Position numbers and translations under genes: made by a program. This document shows, in pieces, positions 47,583 to 57,435 of a DNA stretch of 64,000 nucleotides. Positions within the stretch are counted from its first letter, which is position 1. Each line of letters begins with the position of its first letter. The DNA lies in the NCBI GenBank assembly GCA_965140445.1, contig OZ223236.1:4896001-4960000 (forward strand). Reading direction: 5' to 3'. Under the pieces are notes generated by a model that ran no database searches, was not told where the DNA came from, and saw only the letters and a program-made list of their open reading frames with translations. The stretch comes from Candidatus Ozemobacteraceae bacterium. Its GTDB lineage: Bacteria > Muiribacteriota > Ozemobacteria > Ozemobacterales > Ozemobacteraceae.

Positions 47583-49739
47583 ATGCAGGATAGATATTTT
47601 CAACAAATAGCTAAGGAACTTGATGTAAATCCATTACAGGTAATGGCAACTTCTCAGCTTCTTGAAGAAGGTGGAACAGTTCCTTTTATAGCAAGATACA
47701 GGAAAGAACGAACAGGCTCTCTTGACGAAGTAAAAATTCAAACAATTCGTGATAGAATTGAGCAGTTTACTGAATTGGATAAGCGTAGAGATTCAATTTT
47801 AAAGTCACTTACCGAAAGAGAATTGCTGACCGATGAGCTTTCAGCTAAAATTGATAAAGCTGAGAATATGACAGTTCTTGAGGACATCTATCTCCCATTT
47901 AGACCCAAAAGAAGAACTAAAGCTACTATCGCAAGAGAAAAAGGCCTCGAACCACTTGCCGAACTTCTATTTGCTCAATCGGTATCTACCGACCCTTCCA
48001 ACGAAGCTCAGAAATATATCAATGCAGAATTAGGTGTAGAAAGCGCTGAAGACGCACTCGCCGGGGCAAGAGATATAATGGCGGAATGGATAAATGAAAA
48101 CCCTGAAGTTAGAAATCAGCTTAGAGCTATTTTCGCTACTGAAGCAGTAATCACATCAAAGGTAGTTAAAGACAAGGAAGAGGCCGGCGAAAAATTTAAA
48201 GATTACTTTGATTGTCAGGAGCCATTAAGCAAAGCCGCTGGACACAGGGTATTGGCTATTTTTCGTGGAGAAAAAGAAGGCATTTTAAAAGTTAGTATTA
48301 AACCAGATGAAGAAAAAGCCATCAAAAGCATTTCAAAGAATTTTAGAAAAGAATTTTGCCCTGCATGGGAACAGGTAAGAATGGCAATAGAAGAATCCTA
48401 TAAAAGAATGCTTTCGTCATCAATAGAAACAGAAACCCGTAAAGAACTTAAAGAAAAAGTTGATATTGAAGCCATTTCTGTTTTTGCATTGAATCTACGC
48501 GAGTTGCTAATGTCGCCTCCATTAGGGCAGAAAGCTGTTCTTGCACTTGATCCGGGCTTCAGAACCGGGTGTAAAACCGTAGCTCTTGATCCACAGGGCA
48601 AATTCCTTTTTCAAACCGTCATTCATGTAACCCAGTCAGAAAAGCTCAAAGAAGAAGCTGCCAAAATTGTAATGGCTCTCTGCCAAAAATTTTCCATTGA
48701 AGCAATTGCAATTGGGAATGGCACCGCAAGCCGAGAAACTGAAGCTTTTATACGCAGCCTGAATTTGCCATCCAATATAGCTGTTGTTGTAGTAAACGAA
48801 AGTGGCGCTTCTATTTATTCGGCATCAGAAGCAGCCAGAGAAGAATTTCCAGATCAGGACCTAACCGTAAGAGGTGCTATTTCAATTGGAAGACGTCTAA
48901 TGGACCCGCTTGCTGAACTGGTGAAAATTGATCCAAAATCCATTGGAGTTGGCCAATATCAGCATGATGTGGACCAGACTATGTTAAAAAAAGGCCTTGA
49001 TGACGTTGTAATGAGCAGCGTTAATAAAATTGGTGTTGAAGTAAATACCTCAAGTAAACAGCTTCTAAGCTATGTTGCTGGTTTAGGGCCACAATTGGCA
49101 AAGAATATAGTCACGTTTAGAGAAGAGAATGGGCCTTTTTCAAGTCGGGCTCAATTGAAAAAAGTTCCAAGACTTGGCCCTAAAGCGTTTGAGCAAGCTG
49201 CGGGCTTTTTGCGAATCAGAAATAGTAAAAATCCTCTTGATGCGAGTGCAGTGCATCCAGAAAGCTATAAAATTGTAGAGCAAATGAGCAAAGACCTCAA
49301 TTGCACCGTAAAAGACCTGCTTGAAAAACCAGAGTTGAGGCAGAAAATAGAGCTTAAAAAATATGTCACTGAAGATTTTGGAATGCCAACTTTACAAGAT
49401 ATCAGAGAAGAACTTGCAAAACCCGGAATCGATCCTCGCGAAAAGTTTGAGCTTTTCTCTTTTGCAGATGGAGTGAATGAAATCACAGATTTACTACCTG
49501 GAATGGAACTTCCGGGCATTGTAACTAATGTGACCAATTTTGGCGCTTTTGTAGACATCGGAGTCCATCAAGATGGACTTGTACATATAAGCCAGCTTGC
49601 TGATAAATTTGTAAAAGATCCATCAGAAGTCGTGAAGGTTCAACAAAAAGTTAAAGTCAGAGTAATGGAAGTAGATGCAAAACGAAAAAGAATTTCCTTA
49701 AGCATGAAAAAAGAGCAGAAAAAAAGAGAAACCTGGTAA
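47583..49739 (+). CDS. tex: Tex-family RNA-binding transcription accessory protein
   Basis: TVPFIARYRKE, LDPGFRTGCK, ESGASIYSAS, IGVGQYQHDV, C-terminal S1 domain. Start MQDRYF at 47583. Confidence 0.95.
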   Translation: MQDRYFQQIAKELDVNPLQVMATSQLLEEGGTVPFIARYRKERTGSLDEVKIQTIRDRIEQFTELDKRRDSILKSLTERELLTDELSAKIDKAENMTVLEDIYLPFRPKRRTKATIAREKGLEPLAELLFAQSVSTDPSNEAQKYINAELGVESAEDALAGARDIMAEWINENPEVRNQLRAIFATEAVITSKVVKDKEEAGEKFKDYFDCQEPLSKAAGHRVLAIFRGEKEGILKVSIKPDEEKAIKSISKNFRKEFCPAWEQVRMAIEESYKRMLSSSIETETRKELKEKVDIEAISVFALNLRELLMSPPLGQKAVLALDPGFRTGCKTVALDPQGKFLFQTVIHVTQSEKLKEEAAKIVMALCQKFSIEAIAIGNGTASRETEAFIRSLNLPSNIAVVVVNESGASIYSASEAAREEFPDQDLTVRGAISIGRRLMDPLAELVKIDPKSIGVGQYQHDVDQTMLKKGLDDVVMSSVNKIGVEVNTSSKQLLSYVAGLGPQLAKNIVTFREENGPFSSRAQLKKVPRLGPKAFEQAAGFLRIRNSKNPLDASAVHPESYKIVEQMSKDLNCTVKDLLEKPELRQKIELKKYVTEDFGMPTLQDIREELAKPGIDPREKFELFSFADGVNEITDLLPGMELPGIVTNVTNFGAFVDIGVHQDGLVHISQLADKFVKDPSEVVKVQQKVKVRVMEVDAKRKRISLSMKKEQKKRETW

Positions 49740-49755
49740 ACCCAAATAAAAAAGA

Positions 49756-50637
49756 CTACTCAGCCGGAGATTTCTCCGGCTGTTTTTTTTCGGGAAAAAC
49801 CTCTATACGAGTTAAGTGAGCGACCGTTGCACTAACATGGCTGCCAATAAGAATTATACAAGATGATAAATAAATCCAAAGCATAAAGGCGACTACAGCT
49901 CCAAGTGACCCATAAATAAGTCTATAATTGCCAGTTCCCAGCGAAAGGTAGTAGATAAAACCAGCTTTTGTAAACTGAAGAGCTGAAGCGGAGAAAATAG
50001 CCCCGACTAGCGCTTCCCGCCATCTAACGATAACATTTGGAACATATTTGTACAGAATCACAAATAAACTCAACATAAGCCCTATTGGCAGATAATCAAT
50101 CAACATCTTCTGAAATCTTGAAACCTCCGGCAAGTAAGTCTCAAGAAATTTAGGAAAAAACATCGGCAAAATATCTGAAACAGTATTAAAAATGAGGGAA
50201 ATTATTAGAAAAACGATAATAACGCTTATCATCATTAGACCAACAAGTCTTTCCATTAAAAAATGTCGCGTTTTAGAATTGGTCCAGGCAAGATTAATAT
50301 TTTGGGAAAATCCTGCAAAAACAAGGGTGGCCGCCCACAAAAGAACTACTGTTCCAGCAATTCCCACTGTACCACTGGAATGTATCAAATGGCGGATATT
50401 TCCTTTTACCAGATCTTCTGAACCAGGCAGGTTGTCCTGAACAAATTTTAATATCTGTTCCTGAACCTCTGCGCTCTGTAAAAATGATGAATTAAAAGCA
50501 ATAATAAACAAGATTAGAGGGAAAAATGAAAAAATAGCATAATAAGCAATAGCAGCAGCAGCTTCCAGAACTCTTGTTTCGGAAATCCTCTGCCAGAGGT
50601 ATTCTACGACTTCCCAGACAACCTTTAAATGCGACAT
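49756..50637 (-). CDS. YihY/BrkB family inner membrane protein
   Basis: AAAIAYYAIFSFFP, LYKYVPN, YGSLGAVVAFMLWIY. Confidence 0.92.
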   Translation of the reverse strand: MSHLKVVWEVVEYLWQRISETRVLEAAAAIAYYAIFSFFPLILFIIAFNSSFLQSAEVQEQILKFVQDNLPGSEDLVKGNIRHLIHSSGTVGIAGTVVLLWAATLVFAGFSQNINLAWTNSKTRHFLMERLVGLMMISVIIVFLIISLIFNTVSDILPMFFPKFLETYLPEVSRFQKMLIDYLPIGLMLSLFVILYKYVPNVIVRWREALVGAIFSASALQFTKAGFIYYLSLGTGNYRLIYGSLGAVVAFMLWIYLSSCIILIGSHVSATVAHLTRIEVFPEKKQPEKSPAE

Positions 50638-50778
50638 TACAAACTCTCATTAAACATTTACGAATGCTAGTTTTACCACAAAATAAGGTTATTGCCAACC
50701 AAGCCCAATTTGTACAAAAAGCAAAATGACTCACCATAAGCTGATGAGTCATCAAAGTTCAAGATTTCATGGAATCAT

Positions 50779-51462
50779 TCAGACATTAATTGAACCAATA
50801 AAGTCGTTAAAGAAGTTCCAGATAGAATCAGCTTTACCGCTAGTTTCAATACCTTTTGCAAGTTTGTTTAAATCTGACTTCATAGCATCACTTTCTTTAC
50901 CCGAAAGATTGCTCTCTGTAACCGCATCAAAAAATTTCTGAACAGTTTCAGACTTGCCCACTGATGCCCCAGAATAATCAGCATTTTCAACTGCTTTATA
51001 ACCACGATTCAAAGCAGCAACACCTTCGGAGCCGGTCTTTTCCATTGTTGAAGTGAAAAGATTGGTAAAAGTGCTGCCAGCTGAGTTTCCATAGGTATTT
51101 GCAATACTATTCTGGTTTGAGAAAGTTTCGGCAAGTGTTTTTGAATCCGAGCTGGCCAAAACTGAAGCACTCGTTAAAAAACGAACAGTTTTTAAAGAAT
51201 CCGAGCTTGAATTAACCTGACTCAAAGCGTTCTGAAAACCGCTATAAGCATTAAAATCAGCATTTTGGTGCAAGTTTTGAACCACATTATTTATCTTTGC
51301 GCCATTGGCTGAAATAGCTGCTGAACTAACTTTCGCGTTTGTTGCGTCTGAAAGTAATTTAGCAGAATTTTTAAGCTGATCCGGTTGAATGCTTGAGGAA
51401 GTAAGATTCTGAGTCAGAATCTGTTGAATATACGGATTACTATTTATTCTTCCCGTAGACAT
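50779..51462 (-). CDS. Ser/Asn/Ala-rich hypothetical protein
   Basis: GGAGG + ATG at 51462 (MSTGRINSN). Followed by hairpin ATGACTCA/TGAGTCAT at 50726-50752. Confidence 0.75.
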   Translation of the reverse strand: MSTGRINSNPYIQQILTQNLTSSSIQPDQLKNSAKLLSDATNAKVSSAAISANGAKINNVVQNLHQNADFNAYSGFQNALSQVNSSSDSLKTVRFLTSASVLASSDSKTLAETFSNQNSIANTYGNSAGSTFTNLFTSTMEKTGSEGVAALNRGYKAVENADYSGASVGKSETVQKFFDAVTESNLSGKESDAMKSDLNKLAKGIETSGKADSIWNFFNDFIGSINV

Positions 51463-51625
51463 AATTAGCCGCCTCCATGCGTGTACCCTTTTAGGCCTCT
51501 CTACTCTAAAAATAGCCCAAATTTCGCATTTTGTCCAGACGCCAAAATTAACCAATCCATGATGTTCCCGCTTAAAAATGAGAACGAAAGACTGATTAGC
51601 AATTAATTATACGGTTTACAATCAA

Positions 51626-52873
51626 TCAAAGGTCACTGTTATCCATTAAAAATCGATCAAGCTCCTCTTTAAGAAATGGAATAAACTGTGAAGCATGGAA
51701 TTTAGCATTTTCCGCATCTTCTTCGGCTTTTTCCGAAGCCAACGCGGAACTTTCAGACATTAGTTTTAATCTCACAAGTCGCTTTCTCCAGCCCGCATCT
51801 TTATTCATTTCCTCTGCCAGCAAATGAAGCAAGTGATCATAAGTAGAGAACGGGACCTGTTCAATATTTTCATTCAGAAACCCATTACAGCAAGCTACAA
51901 TAATCGCATATATATCGTTTTCAACAAATAAATTATCGGTGTCATGGTGCTTTTCAATTGCATTCTGAATGTATTCCGGCAAACCTATTTCCATGGCAAA
52001 ATATTTTCCGATCTCCAGATGTGTAACCCCAAAAACATCCAATTCAGCGTCTTCAGGTAAAACTTTGTCGTTTCTAATCTTCATTAAAACTTTGGCATAG
52101 TCCTGAAAGCTATAAAAAGAAAGCGCAAGCGAACCAATGTCATGAAGAAGACCGCAAACCCTTGCTTTGCCGACAGAAGGCTTGTCTAAACCAACAATTT
52201 GAGCAAGATACGATGAAAGATGGGCACTTCGTCTTAAGTGAGCCAGAAGAGAACTTTGATTAGGAAAAACAGCTGAAAAACCGTTAAAAATAACGTGCAT
52301 TAGAATTTCTCGAATGCCTTCAAGCCCAAGATAAGCCACAGCATTCTTCAAAGTTTCGATTGGAATTCTTCGCATAAAATATGCGGTATTGGCAGTTTTA
52401 AGTATTCTTACAACAAGATTCGGATCTTGCGAAGCCATCTCCTCAATCTCTTCAAAGGTGACTTCTGGATTTCTTAAAAGTTGTAAAAGAGAATAAGCAG
52501 AAGATCTCAATGGAGAAATACTTTCCATCTGCTTTAATACTTTTTCGCGGCAATTCTCACCTTTAATTCGATGCTTGGCCGCCAATATATCTGAAAAAAT
52601 CTTAATTCCGTTTAACTCAAAAGGAATCTGCTTTTCATTATCTGAAACAATTTTTAACTGTCCAAACTCCCCGATTTTTTCCAGAGTTCCTTTTACTGAA
52701 GGACTCAATGAAGAGCCTTCCTGCAAGTTCAATATGGTGTGACTAAATTTCTGCCCCAACAATGCCAAAGTAGCAATTGCTTTATGTGTTCCATTTATCT
52801 GGGAATCGGTTACGGATATTTCTATAATCTTGTTGCCATGATCTCTTAATGCAAATGGGTGCTTAGCCTCCAT
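51626..52873 (-). CDS. HDOD domain signalling protein
   Basis: DPNLVVRILKTANTAYF, AVAYLG, GLLHDIG, THLEIG, AIEKHH. Confidence 0.9.
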   Translation of the reverse strand: MEAKHPFALRDHGNKIIEISVTDSQINGTHKAIATLALLGQKFSHTILNLQEGSSLSPSVKGTLEKIGEFGQLKIVSDNEKQIPFELNGIKIFSDILAAKHRIKGENCREKVLKQMESISPLRSSAYSLLQLLRNPEVTFEEIEEMASQDPNLVVRILKTANTAYFMRRIPIETLKNAVAYLGLEGIREILMHVIFNGFSAVFPNQSSLLAHLRRSAHLSSYLAQIVGLDKPSVGKARVCGLLHDIGSLALSFYSFQDYAKVLMKIRNDKVLPEDAELDVFGVTHLEIGKYFAMEIGLPEYIQNAIEKHHDTDNLFVENDIYAIIVACCNGFLNENIEQVPFSTYDHLLHLLAEEMNKDAGWRKRLVRLKLMSESSALASEKAEEDAENAKFHASQFIPFLKEELDRFLMDNSDL

Positions 52874-52915
52874 TGTACCATCCTGAAATTAACAGTAACT
52901 TTTACAAACTTTTAT

Positions 52916-53668
52916 TTATGATAACAGACCAAAACCATGGTCTGGCTCTGGATTTCCTTTATTACTAAATTCTGGAACAACATCGTAAAGGTCTTTCTGA
53001 ACAAGAAATGGCAGATCCTCGCCCAATCCAATTTCCATTATAGCTTTACCTGAGCCGGACATTTCCAGCAGACGCAAAGGGTCTCTATAATAGCCATATA
53101 TTCCTAGAGCAGCCTGACCACCATCACCCAAAACGAATTTCTCATCCGCTGTAAAAGAAGAAACTAACTTTGAAATCAAGTAGCCAGCACAATAAGAATC
53201 ATCCAGAGCAAATTTTTCTTCTCGACCCGCACAAACAATCAGAATATCCATAGCTTTTTTTGCAGCAGTTTCAACGGCCTTTTTCACCACCGCACTACCA
53301 TTTAGAAAACAACCAAGATAAACATGAGGGGCAAGAACCAGGTCAGCAACCGCTCTAGTCCCATTACTGCTGGTAAAAACAAGGGTTTTATCTTCTAAAT
53401 CGGCTTTTGTATATTGAACAGGGCTATTTCCGAAGTCAAATCCTTCTGGAGGAAGGCCGCCACGCTCGCCACATAAAAGTGGATGCGTGGTTTGTTGAGA
53501 CGCAAACTTGGAAGCCTTCTGAATTGTTGTGGTTAAAAGCACTTTCTTAGGCTTTTTGCTCATAATAACAGTAAGGCTTGAAGTAGCCCTGACAACATCT
53601 ACAACAATGCATACTTTATTTGCTAAAGCCTGCACTTCAGCTGGTGTAAATGCTACATCAATATACAT
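52916..53668 (-). CDS. comB: 2-phosphosulfolactate phosphatase family protein
   Basis: VVDVVRATSS, GERGG, GFDFGNSP, TSSNGTRA, ALDDSYCAG. Confidence 0.92.
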   Translation of the reverse strand: MYIDVAFTPAEVQALANKVCIVVDVVRATSSLTVIMSKKPKKVLLTTTIQKASKFASQQTTHPLLCGERGGLPPEGFDFGNSPVQYTKADLEDKTLVFTSSNGTRAVADLVLAPHVYLGCFLNGSAVVKKAVETAAKKAMDILIVCAGREEKFALDDSYCAGYLISKLVSSFTADEKFVLGDGGQAALGIYGYYRDPLRLLEMSGSGKAIMEIGLGEDLPFLVQKDLYDVVPEFSNKGNPEPDHGFGLLS

Positions 53669-53681
53669 TTAAAACCCCATT

Positions 53682-54209
53682 TCAGTTTGAATTCAATCTT
53701 CTATCAAGCACAGCCTGGTAAATTCGCATATTTTCGCGATTTTCCGTCCTGTATCTTTCAATTTCCCTCAACAAGCTATTTTTTTGGCTTGAAGAGCTTT
53801 CACGGACAAGCTTTTCAAGTAGCTCATCACGTCTTTCATTACTCTTACAGATTCTATCTAACCGATCAATTAAATGAATAAGAAGAGATGATATTTCCAG
53901 GTTTTCAATCGATTCTTTTTCTGCTTTTGCTGGTTTTGATTCGCACTGGCGATCAAAAACCACATCCAATTCACCCATTTGCAGACGAGCACTTTTTATA
54001 GAATGTTTTTCCTGTTTTACAAGCTTTATAATTCTGTTAAGCGGTTCCAGGTGACGCTGGCGATAAACCCTGTGGCCTCCTGACGTTCGTTCCACATCTA
54101 AGGACAGGGGGAACTGAGTTTCATAATATCTAATTGTATGGGTTGGCAATCCCACAAGCTCACTAACTTCTTTAATGCTTAAAAAGTCTAGATCAGCCAT
54201 TATGGACAT
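53682..54209 (-). CDS. MerR-family HTH protein with coiled-coil tail
   Basis: SIKEVSELVGLPTHTIRYYE...RTSGGHRVY. Start is 54209 or 54200. Confidence 0.9.
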   Translation of the reverse strand: MSIMADLDFLSIKEVSELVGLPTHTIRYYETQFPLSLDVERTSGGHRVYRQRHLEPLNRIIKLVKQEKHSIKSARLQMGELDVVFDRQCESKPAKAEKESIENLEISSLLIHLIDRLDRICKSNERRDELLEKLVRESSSSQKNSLLREIERYRTENRENMRIYQAVLDRRLNSN

Positions 54210-54312
54210 TATGCTCCCTTAAGAAACTGGCAAATTTTCCTGGCCAGCTCTCAGGCTGTGCAACAAGCACAATAAACAGTAAGAGTACTACTGAAAGAGC
54301 AAATAGAAACAT
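54193..54312 (-). CDS. Small single-TM protein (39 aa), not in ORF track
   Basis: GGAGG 7 nt before ATG. MFLFALSVVLLLFIVLVAQPESWPGKFASFLREHNVHNG*, stop overlaps the merR start region. Confidence 0.55.
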   Translation of the reverse strand: MFLFALSVVLLLFIVLVAQPESWPGKFASFLREHNVHNG

Positions 54313-54404
54313 GCATTAACCTCCGATTTGGTTATTATTAAGGCTTTTAGCACCCCTAGTATCGGTAGAGGTCTAAATTCTGTTTAGCAAAACAAATTGA
54401 TTTT

Positions 54405-56288
54405 TTATGGGCTGACAACTTTGGCATTCATTAAACCAGCGGCAAGGCGATCTCCAACCTGAAGTAGATCCAAAATGAATTTAGAAGATGTTGCTATATC
54501 TAATTCAGGCTCATTTGCGGGTAGAGTTTTTTCTATCTTGCTTTCAAGCTTTACAATTGATGCTGCCAGCACTTCTGGATGATCAATCTTTATCTGAGAA
54601 ACAAGAGTGGAGTTAACTTCCTGGATTGGTTTATTTATCTGAGCATTTGGCAAAACAGGCAAAGATGGTAGCCTCATTTGGTTTCGTTTAATCATAGAAT
54701 CTGGATAAGGATTGCCCTGCGCAAATACCATTAGAGAAGAATTCCCCTCCACATAGTCTTTCAACCATGCTCTAATATCTACCTCCGGCGGCATTTCAGA
54801 GCCCAGAGAAAGTGGAGTCGGCTGGTTATATACCCTTTCCAATTGGTTTCTCAGTCTTTTTTCAAGGTTATAGAAACGAATTTTAAGCTCGCCATCAATT
54901 CCAGTTGCCCGTTCTGATCCTTTGGCCCCCCACCGGAGTTCAATTGAATGATAGGGATCAAACGACAAATCGAAAAGCCTTTTTAAGACTTTATCAAAAG
55001 TTAAATCAACATTCTTTCCCGCCGAATTTTGGTAAGAAATTGAATACTTATGGCTTAAAATGTCATAGGTCGAAATTAACTCAATAGCAAGTTGCTTAGG
55101 ACTACCATTAAAAACAACCTCCTTATTGCCCATTTCTAACTTTCTTATCATCTCTATTGTTTGATGATAAAAATCGAGAAAAGAAACTTTTAAACGAGCG
55201 TCTCTGGATGGAGTAGACAGTTCTTCCCAAACCCCATCTGTACCATAAATATTCCAGGGTAAAGCCCCGGGATGGCTTTTTTTATGAAGTCCTTTCTTTA
55301 TAGCCAGATTAACTGCTACAGCCCTATAACAAAGATCCTCATATAAATCTTTCATCATAAAGGAGAATTCCTTTATAGGATAAATCTTTCCTCCATTTTT
55401 TGAGAGACTCCCTCTAATAAAGTCAAAATATGAATTCGTTAAACGGCCTCTATAACTAAATTGTTTGCCATACTGCTCTGATGCAGAATAATCTGGAATA
55501 TTGTGGTTGCTTGAGCGACTGATTTTTCCATCAGAAGTATACCTTATAGGTCGCCAGCGCTTAAAACCTCCGCCGTTTTTTTCTGTCCCTCTGGAGAATT
55601 TTGGCCCAAACCATGGCTTTGAGATCGATCGATCGGGGTGCGCATCAATCATTCGAATTCGACCATCATCAGTAACCTTAGAAACCATTGCCACGTGGCC
55701 GTTGGGATCATAATAAATAGTTCCGGGTACAATTGATTCACGCTGAATCTTCACTGGATAGTGATCAGATTCCTCCTGTTTTGCAGACATTCTAAAGAAA
55801 CCAGAATTAATAAGAGTAACTTTCCGGAATAAATCTTTTGGCGAGGAAAAATAATCATGATCTCTAAATTCAATGGGTCTATTTCCGTCACTATATCTTT
55901 GATCACCACCCTTGCCTGAGATGGATGACACGTAGCTGAAAGGTAAGCGAAGTTTGTAAGCAACGTAAGCCCTGATAAGATAAGGCAAGTCCGCGCAATC
56001 TGGATACAATCCAATTTTCTTATCTTCCTCACCATAAAGTGGGTTTGCTTTTGGATCTCTAATAAATTTATTTAAGTTTGAATACTTTGAGCTTCCAAGC
56101 CTCTCGACAAAGTTTTGATATACGACTTCGTCTTCTTCAGACCAAAAGCTTTTACTTAGCTTCCAGGCTGCTGCATGCACATTTTCAAAATTAGTTCCAA
56201 GCAAAGCAACACCAATAATAAGAAAAACTTTTAGTATTGGCCAAATGCTAATTGCACGACTTCTAAATGATTTTAAGAGGCTCTTCAT
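54405..56288 (-). CDS. Exported hypothetical protein with possible papain/NlpC-like Cys-His dyad
   Basis: N-terminal hydrophobic signal, PDCADLPY and YDPNGHVAMV motifs, low-complexity C-terminal tail. Confidence 0.7.
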   Translation of the reverse strand: MKSLLKSFRSRAISIWPILKVFLIIGVALLGTNFENVHAAAWKLSKSFWSEEDEVVYQNFVERLGSSKYSNLNKFIRDPKANPLYGEEDKKIGLYPDCADLPYLIRAYVAYKLRLPFSYVSSISGKGGDQRYSDGNRPIEFRDHDYFSSPKDLFRKVTLINSGFFRMSAKQEESDHYPVKIQRESIVPGTIYYDPNGHVAMVSKVTDDGRIRMIDAHPDRSISKPWFGPKFSRGTEKNGGGFKRWRPIRYTSDGKISRSSNHNIPDYSASEQYGKQFSYRGRLTNSYFDFIRGSLSKNGGKIYPIKEFSFMMKDLYEDLCYRAVAVNLAIKKGLHKKSHPGALPWNIYGTDGVWEELSTPSRDARLKVSFLDFYHQTIEMIRKLEMGNKEVVFNGSPKQLAIELISTYDILSHKYSISYQNSAGKNVDLTFDKVLKRLFDLSFDPYHSIELRWGAKGSERATGIDGELKIRFYNLEKRLRNQLERVYNQPTPLSLGSEMPPEVDIRAWLKDYVEGNSSLMVFAQGNPYPDSMIKRNQMRLPSLPVLPNAQINKPIQEVNSTLVSQIKIDHPEVLAASIVKLESKIEKTLPANEPELDIATSSKFILDLLQVGDRLAAGLMNAKVVSP

Positions 56289-56381
56289 TTCCAACTTAAT
56301 CGGCAGAAAGAGAAGTTTCTTGAACCTTACATTTTGTTTTCAAAAAACATGGTGAACAAAGTAGCAAGATTAGCCGAATAA

Positions 56382-57425
56382 GTGAATAATATGAGCTATG
56401 GAATTCAAAAAAATAGGCTAACGCTCTTACTGCTAGGCTTGGTTACGTTAATTGGGCTTCAGGGGTTTATGCCCGATGAGTCAAAAAAGGCTTTTTTCAT
56501 TGCCCCGATTGAAAACCCCGCTATCTCTTTCTTTATGGATTTTGAAAAATCCGGGATCAACCTCTATTCAGAATCAAATGAATTAAAGCAAGTTATAAAC
56601 AAAATTACAGAGTTCCGCGAAACGCTTTCTAAAAAAAGTGAATCCTGCAAACCAGAGGATTTTTTTTATAACATAAAAAACATTGCAGATCTTAGTCTTG
56701 GAAAGCTTTTTTTCTACTTTGAAACTCCCCAGAACTTTGGAATATTCCTATCAGGTCGTTTTCCGCTTGATTATTTCAAGAAACTTTTTCCAAGCGTAAA
56801 ACCAAATTCTGGAGAAGATTTTTCGGTAACCATCGAAGTGGACATGGAAAGCGTTTCCCAGTTACTAATAGACTTTAAAAGCAATTTAATAAGCATTTGC
56901 CCAGCAAATAGTGCCGGAAACATTCTTTTCCCAGTTGAAAATAATCAAATCAAGATATCGCCAAAATACAACGCTTTCCGGAAAATGGTAACTGCTGGAG
57001 CAGCATTGGCTTTTGAAGCTGATTTCACCTCGATGCTTTCCAATCTTAAAAAAGCTCAATTTATTATTCCAGAAGAACTAAAATCTATTTCACATGTCCG
57101 ACTGGTTTCTGACCCTAGAATGCTAAAAGCACAGTTTTTTATTCCAGACGACGAAAAGCGAAACATTTACAACGAATCAATAAAAACATTACTAAAAAGT
57201 AATATGTTGAGCAGCTCAACTTTTATAGCAAATCTTAATCTTGAAGAAAAAGGTAATAGTCTGTTCCTAAGCCATCCTGCTTCAGATGAAGCAGTAAAGA
57301 CCGTTGGAACATCTGTTGGGGGGACCTTGATCCATTTCTTAGTCTGCAATCAAACAAAAATGAGTAAACAAAAGCAAGCTTCATTATCAAAAGCTATTTT
57401 AAAAGAATCTACAGCGGACAAATAA
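56382..57425 (+). CDS. Hypothetical exported/membrane-anchored protein
   Basis: 347-aa ORF with an N-terminal hydrophobic helix. No family recognised. Confidence 0.7.
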   Translation: MNNMSYGIQKNRLTLLLLGLVTLIGLQGFMPDESKKAFFIAPIENPAISFFMDFEKSGINLYSESNELKQVINKITEFRETLSKKSESCKPEDFFYNIKNIADLSLGKLFFYFETPQNFGIFLSGRFPLDYFKKLFPSVKPNSGEDFSVTIEVDMESVSQLLIDFKSNLISICPANSAGNILFPVENNQIKISPKYNAFRKMVTAGAALAFEADFTSMLSNLKKAQFIIPEELKSISHVRLVSDPRMLKAQFFIPDDEKRNIYNESIKTLLKSNMLSSSTFIANLNLEEKGNSLFLSHPASDEAVKTVGTSVGGTLIHFLVCNQTKMSKQKQASLSKAILKESTADK

Positions 57426-57435
57426 GATACATCAG

